The position numbers were made by a program, and so were the translations under genes. This document shows, piece after piece, positions 21,941-31,072 of a stretch of DNA of 64,000 bases (its first letter is position 1; the number at the start of each line of letters is the position of its first letter). Source of the stretch: Anaerolineae bacterium (lineage in GTDB: Bacteria > Chloroflexota > Anaerolineae > UBA1429); NCBI GenBank assembly GCA_963675785.1, contig OY776562.1, forward strand, positions 2,208,001 to 2,272,000. Reading direction: 5' to 3'. Below the pieces are notes generated by a model. The model made no database searches. It was given only the letters and a program-made list of their open reading frames with translations, and was not told the DNA's origin.

Positions 21941-23197
21941 CTAACAATCTCGTGGAAGTCCTATTACCAATGCAAGAGAAGCCAATTGGATGATACCAGC
22001 AGCTGTCAAAGCACCTCGAATGCCTACCCAATCTGCAAGCGCCACGCCCACCACCGGCCCGAGGAATATCATCAGTTGACCGATCATGTTCCATACTGCG
22101 CCGAATCGTGGCTGCATCTCGCGAGTGCTATAGCCCAGCATCATATCGAACAAACCAACATCGATGCCGCCTACACTCAATCCCCACACCAAAGCAACGG
22201 GTACGATCCATACTGCCGAAGGGACCAGCGCCGTCAACAAAGGATAGAGCGCAGCACCTGCCCCTCCGAAAACTGCCAATGAACGATGCCCTAAACGATG
22301 AGCAAGCCGTCCCCACATCAAATAGCCCAAAACCAAGGCAAAATTAGCTACGGTGCCGCGAAAACCAATCAATGTGTCGGTTGCCGCAAGCTCGTTGACC
22401 CAAAAGAGGCTGTAAAGAGGAACGGCTATATTGAGAGAGAGGCGAAACGGCGCTGTTCGTAGAACAAAACGCATAAAGGGCTTGTGCTGCATAATTGGCT
22501 TGAAAAACTCTCCCCACCCTCCCTTGAGCATTGTGCTAGTGCGGGAAAGAGTAGCAAACGGCTCGATGCGTACCCGCGAGTAAATGAGGGGATCGAGCAG
22601 CGAGAGCAGAACTGTGCCCAAAAAAACAACCTGATAGTTGGTGGGGAATACAATCCTATCCAAAATCCAGCCGCACAAGGCGCTGGAGATAGCCATAGCT
22701 CCAGCCATCACAGCCCAGCGCACACTGTTCACGCGGGGGCGCCTTGCAGGACTAACAGCTCGACTTATCACCGTAGTAAAGGCAGGAGTCCCAAAAGCAT
22801 CAAGCAGTGTTGCCAAGGTCCATACGACGACCAACGCGTAAATAAGTGGCTCACTACTAAAGAAGAAAGGGAGTATCCCGCATATCAGCTGCACTACTCG
22901 CTTCACTGCCTGAACCTTACAACGCACTGCAACTTGGTTTGCGTAACGTTCAGAAAAAATGCTACCTGGTATCAGCAGAGCGCCCATCAACAAACCCGGT
23001 ACTGAATTGTAAATACCAAGTATCTCGGTCGAGGCTCCAAGTCTAGCGAGGAACACGGGCATGAACGCGACAATGCCCCCCATAGCAAGTCCCATGAAAA
23101 AGGCACTCGTAGTCAAAAACCAGGCATTGCGGTCCTCTTCATTGCGAGGACGTAGTTTGTTCCCCATACGCGTGATCACGGGAAACCGCACAGTCAT
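21941..23197 (-). CDS. MFS transporter
   Basis: About 12 hydrophobic segments and the WGRLAHRLGHR motif. Start moved to the ATG at 23197 (GGAGG RBS). Confidence 0.85.
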   Translation of the reverse strand: MTVRFPVITRMGNKLRPRNEEDRNAWFLTTSAFFMGLAMGGIVAFMPVFLARLGASTEILGIYNSVPGLLMGALLIPGSIFSERYANQVAVRCKVQAVKRVVQLICGILPFFFSSEPLIYALVVVWTLATLLDAFGTPAFTTVISRAVSPARRPRVNSVRWAVMAGAMAISSALCGWILDRIVFPTNYQVVFLGTVLLSLLDPLIYSRVRIEPFATLSRTSTMLKGGWGEFFKPIMQHKPFMRFVLRTAPFRLSLNIAVPLYSLFWVNELAATDTLIGFRGTVANFALVLGYLMWGRLAHRLGHRSLAVFGGAGAALYPLLTALVPSAVWIVPVALVWGLSVGGIDVGLFDMMLGYSTREMQPRFGAVWNMIGQLMIFLGPVVGVALADWVGIRGALTAAGIIQLASLALVIGLPRDC

Positions 23198-23325
23198 TAT
23201 TGAGCCTCCATCATAGCCAATAGACCGAATTCTAGGCACAATAACGTTTCGGGCAACTGCCTGCATTGACACAGATTGGGCTCTCGCCTAGATTAGAAGC
23301 GAATTAACTTTGATGGGAGTACGCG

Positions 23326-23877
23326 ATGCAAATCATTAAAACACAGATTCCGGATGTCCTCATCATTGAGCCCCGTGTATTCGAGGATAGCCGCGGCTTT
23401 TTCATGGAGAGCTACAACAGACGCGATTTTACTGCTTTGGGGATTACAGACGATTTTTGCCAGGATAATCATAGCAAGTCCGTCAAGAACACGCTTCGCG
23501 GTCTGCATTATCAGACGGAGCCCGGGCAGGTCAAGCTTGTGAGAGTGATAGCTGGTGCAGTGCTTGATGTGGCCGTGGATATCCGTCACGGCTCGCCCAC
23601 CTTTGGCCAATGGGTGGGGGTAGAACTCTCTGCCGAGAACAAGCGCCTGCTTTATGTTCCAGTTGGCTTTGCCCACGGCTTTTGCGTCCTCAGTGACACA
23701 GCCGAGTTTCTTTACAAAGTTACTTCATATTATGATCCATCTGCCGAACGAGGTCTTGCCTGGGATGATCCCGATATCGCCATAGATTGGCCCACAGATA
23801 GCCCCGTCCTCTCAGAACGCGACAGACACCATCCGAGATTGTCCAAAGCCAAAGCGGACTTTTACTACAAAGGCTGA
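23326..23877 (+). CDS. rfbC: dTDP-4-dehydrorhamnose 3,5-epimerase
   Basis: DSRGFFME, QDNHSKS, LRGLHYQ, DVAVDIR.GSPTFG, VPVGFAHGF. Confidence 0.96.
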   Translation: MQIIKTQIPDVLIIEPRVFEDSRGFFMESYNRRDFTALGITDDFCQDNHSKSVKNTLRGLHYQTEPGQVKLVRVIAGAVLDVAVDIRHGSPTFGQWVGVELSAENKRLLYVPVGFAHGFCVLSDTAEFLYKVTSYYDPSAERGLAWDDPDIAIDWPTDSPVLSERDRHHPRLSKAKADFYYKG

Positions 23878-23899
23878 TGCCAGGAATCTCCAAAAGAAA

Positions 23900-23923
23900 A
23901 ACGGGGCTCTTACGAGCCCCGTT
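23900..23923. terminator. Terminator between convergent rfbC and mtnA
   Basis: AACGGGGCTC-TTAC-GAGCCCCGTT with an A-run on the left. Confidence 0.8.
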
Positions 23924-23931
23924 ACTTATTT

Positions 23932-24981
23932 CTAGAGAGGTAATTCATCCGGCCGGTGAATGCCCAGTTGAGTGATGATGGCCGTCACCAGGCTGGCAGG
24001 TGTTACATCAAAGGCTGGATTCACCGCTTGGGCCCCCGAGTGGGCCAAGCGCACGCGTCCGAATTCGCCCGAATCGAGCAGCCCATAGGCATAGAGCACT
24101 TCGTCCGCTTCTCGCTCCTCAATAGGGATAGAATTACCAGAGGGGCAACTCACATCAAGGGTACTGATAGGCGCGGTTACATAAAAGGGAACGCCATGTT
24201 CCCTGGCGCACAGCGCTTTTTCATAGGTGCCGATCTTGTTGGCCACATCGCCATTGGCAGCAATGCGGTCAGCACCCACAATGACAGCATCCACCATACC
24301 ATGGCGCATCAGGTGGGCCGCCGCGTTATCGGCCAGAATAGCGTGGGGAATCCCCTCGCCTTCGAGTTCCCAAGCGGTGAGCCGAGCACCCTGGCTTCGC
24401 GGACGGGTCTCGTCCGCATAAACGAACACGCTCTTGCCCTGGCGCGCCGCTGCATAAACAGGTGCCAGAGCACTGCCCCAATCCACAAAAGCAAGCCAGC
24501 CCGCGTTGCAATGGGTCAACACACGGCATCCATCCTTCAGCAGCTCGGCGCCGTACTTGCCAATGCGTTCACCAGCCAATGCGTTCTCATCGGCAAGGGC
24601 TTCAGCGCGGTCCACCGCTGCCTGGCGAGCCGTAGCATATGATCCTGCTGCCACTGCCGCCGCCAAAACGGCATCCACTGCATAAAAGAGATCTTGAGCC
24701 GTAGGCCGGGTTTTGCGCAATGTCTCGGCGCCCGCCTGTAAATACGAATCAAAGCCGTCTCCATCGGGGGCTTCCAAAACGACCTGGGCCATGCCATAGG
24801 CAGCAGCAGCACCAATAGCGCCAGCACCGCGAACTATCATCGTTTTGATGGCGCACGCAGTATCAGTATGGTGTTTCAAATCAACGATCTCAAAACGATG
24901 AGGGATGAGCGGTTGATTGATCATACGCACCACGCCACCTACCATCCAGACCGTGCGATAGGGCACTCCGTCTACCAACAA
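23932..24981 (-). CDS. mtnA: S-methyl-5-thioribose-1-phosphate isomerase
   Basis: MIVRGAGAIG, TRPTA, LTHCNAGWLA, DETRP..QGARLTAWEL, GADRIAANGD.ANKIGT, NPAFDVTP. TTG start at 24981 behind GGAGGT. Confidence 0.93.
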   Translation of the reverse strand: MLVDGVPYRTVWMVGGVVRMINQPLIPHRFEIVDLKHHTDTACAIKTMIVRGAGAIGAAAAYGMAQVVLEAPDGDGFDSYLQAGAETLRKTRPTAQDLFYAVDAVLAAAVAAGSYATARQAAVDRAEALADENALAGERIGKYGAELLKDGCRVLTHCNAGWLAFVDWGSALAPVYAAARQGKSVFVYADETRPRSQGARLTAWELEGEGIPHAILADNAAAHLMRHGMVDAVIVGADRIAANGDVANKIGTYEKALCAREHGVPFYVTAPISTLDVSCPSGNSIPIEEREADEVLYAYGLLDSGEFGRVRLAHSGAQAVNPAFDVTPASLVTAIITQLGIHRPDELPL

Positions 24982-24994
24982 AACATCACCTCCG

Positions 24995-25654
24995 CTACTG
25001 CTCTTCACCCTGCAAAAACTGCGCAATACCCTGCGCTATGCCTTCAGCCACAATCTCTGGCCTATCCTCCAGCAAACTGCGGTCATCGCTCATAAAACCA
25101 CATTCAATGATGGCTCCCGGTGTGGAAATATCGATCTCGCGAAAAGCATGATAATCGCTCATATCAGTAGTGATCGAGTTCAAATGCTTGGCCAGCCCCG
25201 TCGTCTCGGCATAAGCTGTGTATAGATACGAAACGAGCGCATCTTGATTTGCAGCCGTCGAAACAGTTGACCCGGCGATCTTGAACCCAGAAAAGCCAGC
25301 TACGCAAGAATCGCAGTGTATTGAAACAAAGGCATCGGCCTCCAACCCTTCAAGATCGGGGGAAAACTCGGCCATCACCCAGGCATCATAGCCCATATCC
25401 TCCAAACGCTGTGCCACCAGTCGGGCAATGGTCAGGTTGAGATCAACCTCACGCAACCCATCCGAGCAAACAGCCCCTGAATCGCTCTGCCAGTGCCCAG
25501 CGACAATGCCCACGCGTTGTTCAGCCGGCCGCACTGATTGCCACAAGCTCTGCACAGCCGGAAGCTCGCTCGCCGCCAACAGCAACAAGCCCACCACCAG
25601 AACCACCACAGCAAAGCGCACAAACCTCATAAACTTGCGTATCAAATCCCACAC
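24995..25654 (-). CDS. N-acetylmuramoyl-L-alanine amidase (Amidase_3), membrane-anchored
   Basis: N-terminal TM; Zn/catalytic residues in AGH, REVDLN, SIH and IIECGF. Confidence 0.88.
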   Translation of the reverse strand: MWDLIRKFMRFVRFAVVVLVVGLLLLAASELPAVQSLWQSVRPAEQRVGIVAGHWQSDSGAVCSDGLREVDLNLTIARLVAQRLEDMGYDAWVMAEFSPDLEGLEADAFVSIHCDSCVAGFSGFKIAGSTVSTAANQDALVSYLYTAYAETTGLAKHLNSITTDMSDYHAFREIDISTPGAIIECGFMSDDRSLLEDRPEIVAEGIAQGIAQFLQGEEQ

Positions 25655-25719
25655 TCTTTCAGCAGCCCTTATTCCGCCCTAGTTTACGGTCTACAGTGTG
25701 CACGGTCAATTGGTGCAAT

Positions 25720-25757
25720 CTGTGCATATTGACACAATCTACTTATGGGACTAGCAT
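25720..25757 (+). promoter_or_regulatory. NSS transporter promoter overlapped by a TGTGCATATTGACACAA site
   Basis: TTGACA (25729)-17 nt-TAGCAT. The overlapping motif differs from the reverse complement of the glnA operator core (TGTGCATATTGCACAA) by one inserted base. Confidence 0.6.
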
Positions 25758-25851
25758 CGGCCCCGCGCTGTCTGCACATTCTTTCACAAGATGCGAATGC
25801 AGCAACAACGCAGTGATCTCATTTTTCGCTCAATGCTGAGGAGAGAGTACT

Positions 25852-27246
25852 GTGGAACGAAAAGCTTCACCCACCCAACGAGACGCCTTTGCAACACGTC
25901 TAGGCGTCCTTGCCGCCACCCTTGGTTCTGCTGTGGGCCTTGGTAACATCTGGAAGTTCCCCTATCTAACCGGGGAGAATGGCGGCGCCGCTTTTGTCAT
26001 CGTCTACATTGTTGCCACCCTGTTCGTTGGCCTACCAGTAATGATCTCTGAACATGCCATTGGCCGCATGACGCGCGCCAACGCCACCGATGCTTTTCGC
26101 AAGCTGGCTCCGAAAACACCATGGTGGCTCGTAGGTGTTGCGGGCGTTCTATCTGCTTTTTTCATCATGGCCTTTTATTCCGAAGTGGCCGGCTGGGTAT
26201 TGGCCTACATCGCCAAATCTGGCATCAGCCTGTTCCAGGGATCTGCAGGCGCACTGGCTACCAGTGACCCACTGGCCACATCCGCCGTTTTCAATGAGCT
26301 AGTATCCGATCCCCTGTGGTCTCTCATTGTCCAATGGGTGGCCCTGATCGGGGTGGGCGCCATCATTGCTGCTGGCGTCAGCAAAGGCATCGAACGCATG
26401 ACGAAAAGGCTCTTGCCCATCCTTTTTGTGCTTTTGCTTGTCGTATGTATACGCAGCCTTACCCTGGATGGCGCCAGCGAAGGGCTGAAATTCCTGTTCA
26501 AACCAGATTTCTCGCAACTTACCAGCAGTGCTGTTCTCGTAGCTATGGGCTTGGCCTTCTTTAAACTCTCAGTAGGCATGGGCACCATGATCACCTACGG
26601 CAGCTATTATCCAGATGATGCCAATATTCCTCACAACGCGATAAGAGTAATGCTCGCGGATGTTCTAGTTTCACTACTCGCTGGAATGGCCATATTCCCG
26701 GCCGTGTTTGCTTTTGGATTTGAGCCAGCAGCCGGACCTTCCCTGCTCTTTATCACCATTCCGGCAGTATTCAGCTCCATGCCCTTTGGTAGCTTCTTCA
26801 TGGTGCTTTTTTTCATTCTCAGCGCTGTTGCCGCCACCGGAGCCATGGTTTCCCTAGTAGAAGTGCCTGTCGCCCTGCTGCACGAGAAACTAGGCTGGAG
26901 CCGAATCGTCTCGACGGTTGTCACCGTGGTGCTCTTGGCTGCAATTGGTTCAACCGCAGCCTTATCCAGCAGCACCCTGGCTAATTTCCAGCTCTTTGGC
27001 AAGAACATGTTCGATCTCTTTGACTTTGCATCGTCGAACATCTTGCTGCCACTGGGTGGGTTCTTTATCAGCCTGTTCATTACCTGGCGCTTTGGCTTTG
27101 GCAACAAGGAACTGGTAGCCACATTGACCAATAATGGTACCCTCAAGAACACCTGGTTGGTCAAGACTTTTCTTGCGATCATCACAGTCGTAACACCAAT
27201 TGCTGTATTGATCATCTTGCTGGATGGCTTGGGGCTGTTCGCTTGA
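25852..27246 (+). CDS. Sodium-dependent transporter, NSS/SNF family (probable amino-acid uptake)
   Basis: GSAVGLGNIWKFPY..GENGGAAF, AFFKLSVGMGTMITYGSY and AGPSLLFITIP. Confidence 0.93.
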   Translation: MERKASPTQRDAFATRLGVLAATLGSAVGLGNIWKFPYLTGENGGAAFVIVYIVATLFVGLPVMISEHAIGRMTRANATDAFRKLAPKTPWWLVGVAGVLSAFFIMAFYSEVAGWVLAYIAKSGISLFQGSAGALATSDPLATSAVFNELVSDPLWSLIVQWVALIGVGAIIAAGVSKGIERMTKRLLPILFVLLLVVCIRSLTLDGASEGLKFLFKPDFSQLTSSAVLVAMGLAFFKLSVGMGTMITYGSYYPDDANIPHNAIRVMLADVLVSLLAGMAIFPAVFAFGFEPAAGPSLLFITIPAVFSSMPFGSFFMVLFFILSAVAATGAMVSLVEVPVALLHEKLGWSRIVSTVVTVVLLAAIGSTAALSSSTLANFQLFGKNMFDLFDFASSNILLPLGGFFISLFITWRFGFGNKELVATLTNNGTLKNTWLVKTFLAIITVVTPIAVLIILLDGLGLFA

Positions 27247-27427
27247 GCACGTTCTACCTGGCGAGGAGCATTGCAAAAGCGATGCTCCTCTGATATGGAA
27301 CGAACATTTGCGAGCCAACTCTCGCCTGCCTATAATTGGAGATGGTGGGCGTGAAACAAGCAGTAGCCCTATTGCATAGTGCATATTGATATTGCGCTCG
27401 CAAAAAAAAGCTCGGAGGTATTGATAA

Positions 27428-27709
27428 ATGCCAACTTATGGCTATAAATGTGACGAATGCGGCATCTACTTTGAGCGCTTTCAGCACTTCTCAGAAGATC
27501 CCATCAAGACATGCCCTGAATGCGGCGGCGATGTGCATCGCGTTATTCATCCCGTTGGAATCGTATTCAAGGGTAGCGGCTTTTATGTGACAGATAACCG
27601 CGGAAACTCGTCTACGGCTATCCCTGGCAAAAAAGCCGAAACCCCGAGTACCACTAGCGAAACTCCAGCCAAAGCCCCAGAAGCCCAAAAGAGCACCGCC
27701 AAGGATTAA
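27428..27709 (+). CDS. FmdB-family zinc-ribbon protein
   Basis: MPTYGYKCDECG...CPECGG...IVFKGSGFYVTD followed by a low-complexity tail. Confidence 0.9.
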   Translation: MPTYGYKCDECGIYFERFQHFSEDPIKTCPECGGDVHRVIHPVGIVFKGSGFYVTDNRGNSSTAIPGKKAETPSTTSETPAKAPEAQKSTAKD

Positions 27710-27724
27710 CAATCGTAAAAGCAC

Positions 27725-27755
27725 AAAGGCGTCACTCTGATTGAGTGACGCCTTT
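27725..27755. terminator. Bidirectional terminator
   Basis: AAAGGCGTCACTC-TGATT-GAGTGACGCCTTT between convergent genes. Confidence 0.85.
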
Positions 27756-27775
27756 TATTTATCCTGAACATCGGG

Positions 27776-28075
27776 TCAAATCTGAAAACCGGATACTCGT
27801 TCTGTAACCTTGTATACAAGGTCAGCGCCAAACTCTTGAAGGCGCGTATGAAGTTCGGCCCATTCTGCTGAGGCAAGAACCAGGTCAAGCGCTGCCTGGT
27901 CATCTGCCAGACTGCAAAGTACCGCGCGAGGGCCTTTGCTCCAGGGCGCATACCATGCTTCCGAAGGCTGCAAACCGATGGTTGGCATGATCTCGGCAAA
28001 GTCATGATTGATAAATTCGAGAAACTCGTTCTCCTTGCCGGCACGTATGTCGCAGGTGACAATCAACTTGATCAT
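27776..28075 (-). CDS. Hypothetical protein, probably a small alpha/beta-barrel (NIPSNAP-like) fold
   Basis: GGAGG RBS before ATG 28075; 99 aa with an alternating beta/alpha pattern (KLIVTCDI, E.EFLEF, AWY). The fold call is tentative. Confidence 0.65.
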   Translation of the reverse strand: MIKLIVTCDIRAGKENEFLEFINHDFAEIMPTIGLQPSEAWYAPWSKGPRAVLCSLADDQAALDLVLASAEWAELHTRLQEFGADLVYKVTERVSGFQI

Positions 28076-28151
28076 GGTATCCTCCAACCCATAGTGCACC
28101 TATACTAGTGCTGGTTGGGCTGTATCGCAACTGAATTGGCGAGGAACAAAC

Positions 28152-28619
28152 ATGAGAGCACTAGTACAACGCAGCAAGCGCGGCGCTGTCAGCGTCGATA
28201 CTGAGATGCTGGGGGCCATTGGACAGGGATTAGTTATCATGGTAGGCGTCACACATGATGATCTGGAACAGGATGCCGCCTGGTTGGCCCAAAAGATCGC
28301 CCATCTGCGTATCTTTGAAGATGAGGCCGGCAAATTCGATCGTTCGCTCGTCCAAATCAGCGGCGGGGCGCTGGTTATATCCCAATTCACGCTTTATGGT
28401 GATACTCGCAAAGGGCGCCGTCCAAGCTTTAGTGATGCTGCTCAGCCCGCTGTTGCAGAACCCCTCATTGAACGCTTTTGTGAATTCCTCAAGACAGAAG
28501 GGGTGCCGGACGTTCAAACTGGCAAATTCGGGGCTCACATGTTGGTTGAAATTGAGAACGATGGCCCTGTCACCCTTTGGCTGGATACCAACATCTCTCG
28601 ACGCGGCAATCAAAAGTAA
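28152..28619 (+). CDS. dtd: D-aminoacyl-tRNA deacylase
   Basis: MRALVQR, LRIFED, SQFTL, KGRRPSF, FGAHM.V...NDGPVT. Confidence 0.96.
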   Translation: MRALVQRSKRGAVSVDTEMLGAIGQGLVIMVGVTHDDLEQDAAWLAQKIAHLRIFEDEAGKFDRSLVQISGGALVISQFTLYGDTRKGRRPSFSDAAQPAVAEPLIERFCEFLKTEGVPDVQTGKFGAHMLVEIENDGPVTLWLDTNISRRGNQK

Positions 28620-28621
28620 AC

Positions 28622-29422
28622 TCAGAGAGTCTCGTTGATACGCGCAGAAACTTGAGCAAGAGCATCTGGCTCACGATAGAGCAAGGCATCAATCTGAACC
28701 GCTGCAGCACCGTTCTCCAAGTACCAAAGAGCATCTTGTGTACTGGCAATGCCGCCACGGGCAATCACAGGAAGGTCTGTAGATTGCTGTACCTCTAGAA
28801 AGAGCCCCGTATAGAACGGCCAAGTGCCAGAACCATGCAATACACCCATCGTAGTCTGCTTTGGTACAAGAGCGGGTAGAGGCGCAGCGCAAACCAGGGC
28901 ATCGGCGCCGCCATCTGCCGCCATCTGCGCCATATCTTGAGCAAATATGGGAGAAAGCCTTACCAGAATCGGCAGGCCCACGCGTGGTTCCAGTACATCT
29001 AGGGCGAGGCTCACCATCTCGGCCTGATCCAAGTGCAATTCTATCGCGGCAAACACACGATTACGCGATAACCAGTTGGCTATATCGAGCAGACTATCCT
29101 CAGCCGCAATACGAATGGCCGCAATGATCGGCAGATCCAGTCCTTGCCACAAACGGCCATACTTGGAAAAAGCATGAGGCAAACCGGGGTTATAGTCACC
29201 AGGTGAAACAACCACACCCCCTGGCACACGATACAGCCGACGCTGCTCATCTCCTCGTGATTGCTCCCAAAACATCTCGGGGGTAACAAAAGCTCCGGCG
29301 CCGTCAAAAGAACCCGGCGGCGTCGGAGCCCAACCCAATGCGCCGCTAGCAGGCATAACACGCGAGTTCATCACGAGCTCGCGTTTGCCTATGCCAAGCA
29401 CAAGGGGTTCGCTGTTATTCAA
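28622..29422 (-). CDS. Dihydroorotate dehydrogenase (PyrD 1B)-like protein lacking catalytic motifs
   Basis: VMPASG, NPG, PILVRLSP, GADAL, PVIARGGI and GAAAVQ retained; NxSCPN loop absent. Probable TTG start at 29422 overlapping the upstream stop. Confidence 0.75.
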   Translation of the reverse strand: MNNSEPLVLGIGKRELVMNSRVMPASGALGWAPTPPGSFDGAGAFVTPEMFWEQSRGDEQRRLYRVPGGVVVSPGDYNPGLPHAFSKYGRLWQGLDLPIIAAIRIAAEDSLLDIANWLSRNRVFAAIELHLDQAEMVSLALDVLEPRVGLPILVRLSPIFAQDMAQMAADGGADALVCAAPLPALVPKQTTMGVLHGSGTWPFYTGLFLEVQQSTDLPVIARGGIASTQDALWYLENGAAAVQIDALLYREPDALAQVSARINETL

Positions 29423-30341
29423 CGGGATAAAGCTCAAAATAAGCCTTGATGGCCTCAAAATAAGCTTCAGCTAACATCTGCTGCACCTCTGGCTCTCCCA
29501 TCATTAGCCCTTCTACAGGGTTTGTCATAAAGAGAGGTTCATCCAAGGCCCCGGGGGCGTTAGAAGGACGCACAATGCGATCTGTTTGCGGCCCCAGTAG
29601 AATCAGATAGCCACCGAGCGTATCGTAATCCTCTAGGCTGCCAAAGTCGACAATATCATAATCGATTGAGGCAAAACCATCGAGGACGTATTCATGAACC
29701 AAATCTGCAAAGGTCCTGTTCTGCTCGCCGAATTCGCGATCAGCACAATAGTACGTCGTGCTGCCACTCACATTAGTAGCCACGCTGCCATCGGGATTCT
29801 CGTAAGCATTCCCATGAATAGAGAGAATCAAATCCACGTTTGCTTCATTAATGAGATCCACCCGAGCTTGCATTTCATCCGCCAGATCGAGAATGCCATC
29901 TCCATTGATCTCGTCCCAATCGTCATTCAGGCCGTAATCATCATCGCGAACCATCACAACTTCGTACCCATCGGCTTCCAGCAGTGCCTGCAATTTTTGG
30001 GCAATGGGCAGCGTCACATCCTTTTCACTCAAAAGGTACTCGCCATCCACCGAGAAACAGCGAGCGCCATAATCAATGCCCCCGTGGCCCGGATCAAGCG
30101 CCACTACAGCAGGGCGCGTTGTTGGCGCAGGTGTAGCAGTAGGAGGAACCTCTGTCGCCGTAGGAATTTCTGTGGGCACTTGGGTTGGCGCCAATGTCGG
30201 GGTTTCTGTTGGTACAGGAGACGATAACGCAGCCACCGTGTCTATAGGCTCTGCAGTAGCTGTGGAACTGGTTTCATTGCAACCCACAAGAGTAAAAACC
30301 AATACCAATAAAATCAGGACGACTGTCTTTATTTTACTCAC
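29415..30341 (-). CDS. N-acetylmuramoyl-L-alanine amidase lipoprotein (Amidase_3)
   Basis: GTG start at 30341 (GTGA overlap), lipobox LVGC, P/T-rich linker, then DPGHGG, SEK, SIHGN and DEPLFMTN. Confidence 0.88.
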   Translation of the reverse strand: MSKIKTVVLILLVLVFTLVGCNETSSTATAEPIDTVAALSSPVPTETPTLAPTQVPTEIPTATEVPPTATPAPTTRPAVVALDPGHGGIDYGARCFSVDGEYLLSEKDVTLPIAQKLQALLEADGYEVVMVRDDDYGLNDDWDEINGDGILDLADEMQARVDLINEANVDLILSIHGNAYENPDGSVATNVSGSTTYYCADREFGEQNRTFADLVHEYVLDGFASIDYDIVDFGSLEDYDTLGGYLILLGPQTDRIVRPSNAPGALDEPLFMTNPVEGLMMGEPEVQQMLAEAYFEAIKAYFELYPVE

Positions 30342-31072
30342 AAAAAATCCCCCAATTCCAAAAATGGACCGTCCGTACATTCGTATCGAATTCCACCAGC
30401 TGTCATCACTGCGCAGCCCTCGCAACGCTTCATACCACAATGAACATGCTCCATATGCCAAACTCGTCCCCAATCGCGGGGCACTGTAGGGCGAACGCGC
30501 CTCACCATATCTGCTAACCTGGCATAAAAAGCATCGCTGCCTGTGGCAAAGAGGACATCAGCCCAAAGGCAAAGAGCCTCCAGTGCTTGCCAAAATGCCT
30601 GCGTTGCACCGGCACCCAGATGTACCGAGTACTCGACATTCGCTGGCAAAAGCGATGGCGGGAACAACTGGCCCATTGTGGGTGGGTGTATAATCAAGTG
30701 CCCCGCGTCTTTATCCGAAACCATCCCCAGTAAAGGAGAGGGTGAAACGCCCTCACAAACAAGGCCGATACGTCTATTGCTAAAGCCTTCATCAACTGCT
30801 CGTCCGCAAGGCCCCAACAAACTTAGCTCATCGCCAATAACGAGCTTGCCGCAGCTATGTGCTTGTAAGGATACAACCAATCCTGTCTCCGTGCGGCTAA
30901 ATATAGGCCAGGCTTGCAACAAATAATCCTGTTGATCACGAGCGGCCCGCTCTCCCATAACAAACTGCCCTGGCCTAAGCGCCATGCTCAGTTCAGGGCA
31001 TTGCAGCCATACCAGCTCGATCGTGGATACGGGCTCTACAATGGCCTGTACATATGCTCTGTATTTTTTCAT
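30338..31072 (-). CDS. PyrK-like (DHOD electron-transfer subunit) protein with degenerate FAD/NAD sites
   Basis: PGQFVM, GPCG and the [2Fe-2S] motif CGMKRCEGC...CTDGP are present; RPxS and GGGxG are missing. Confidence 0.75.
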   Translation of the reverse strand: MKKYRAYVQAIVEPVSTIELVWLQCPELSMALRPGQFVMGERAARDQQDYLLQAWPIFSRTETGLVVSLQAHSCGKLVIGDELSLLGPCGRAVDEGFSNRRIGLVCEGVSPSPLLGMVSDKDAGHLIIHPPTMGQLFPPSLLPANVEYSVHLGAGATQAFWQALEALCLWADVLFATGSDAFYARLADMVRRVRPTVPRDWGRVWHMEHVHCGMKRCEGCAVMTAGGIRYECTDGPFLELGDFL

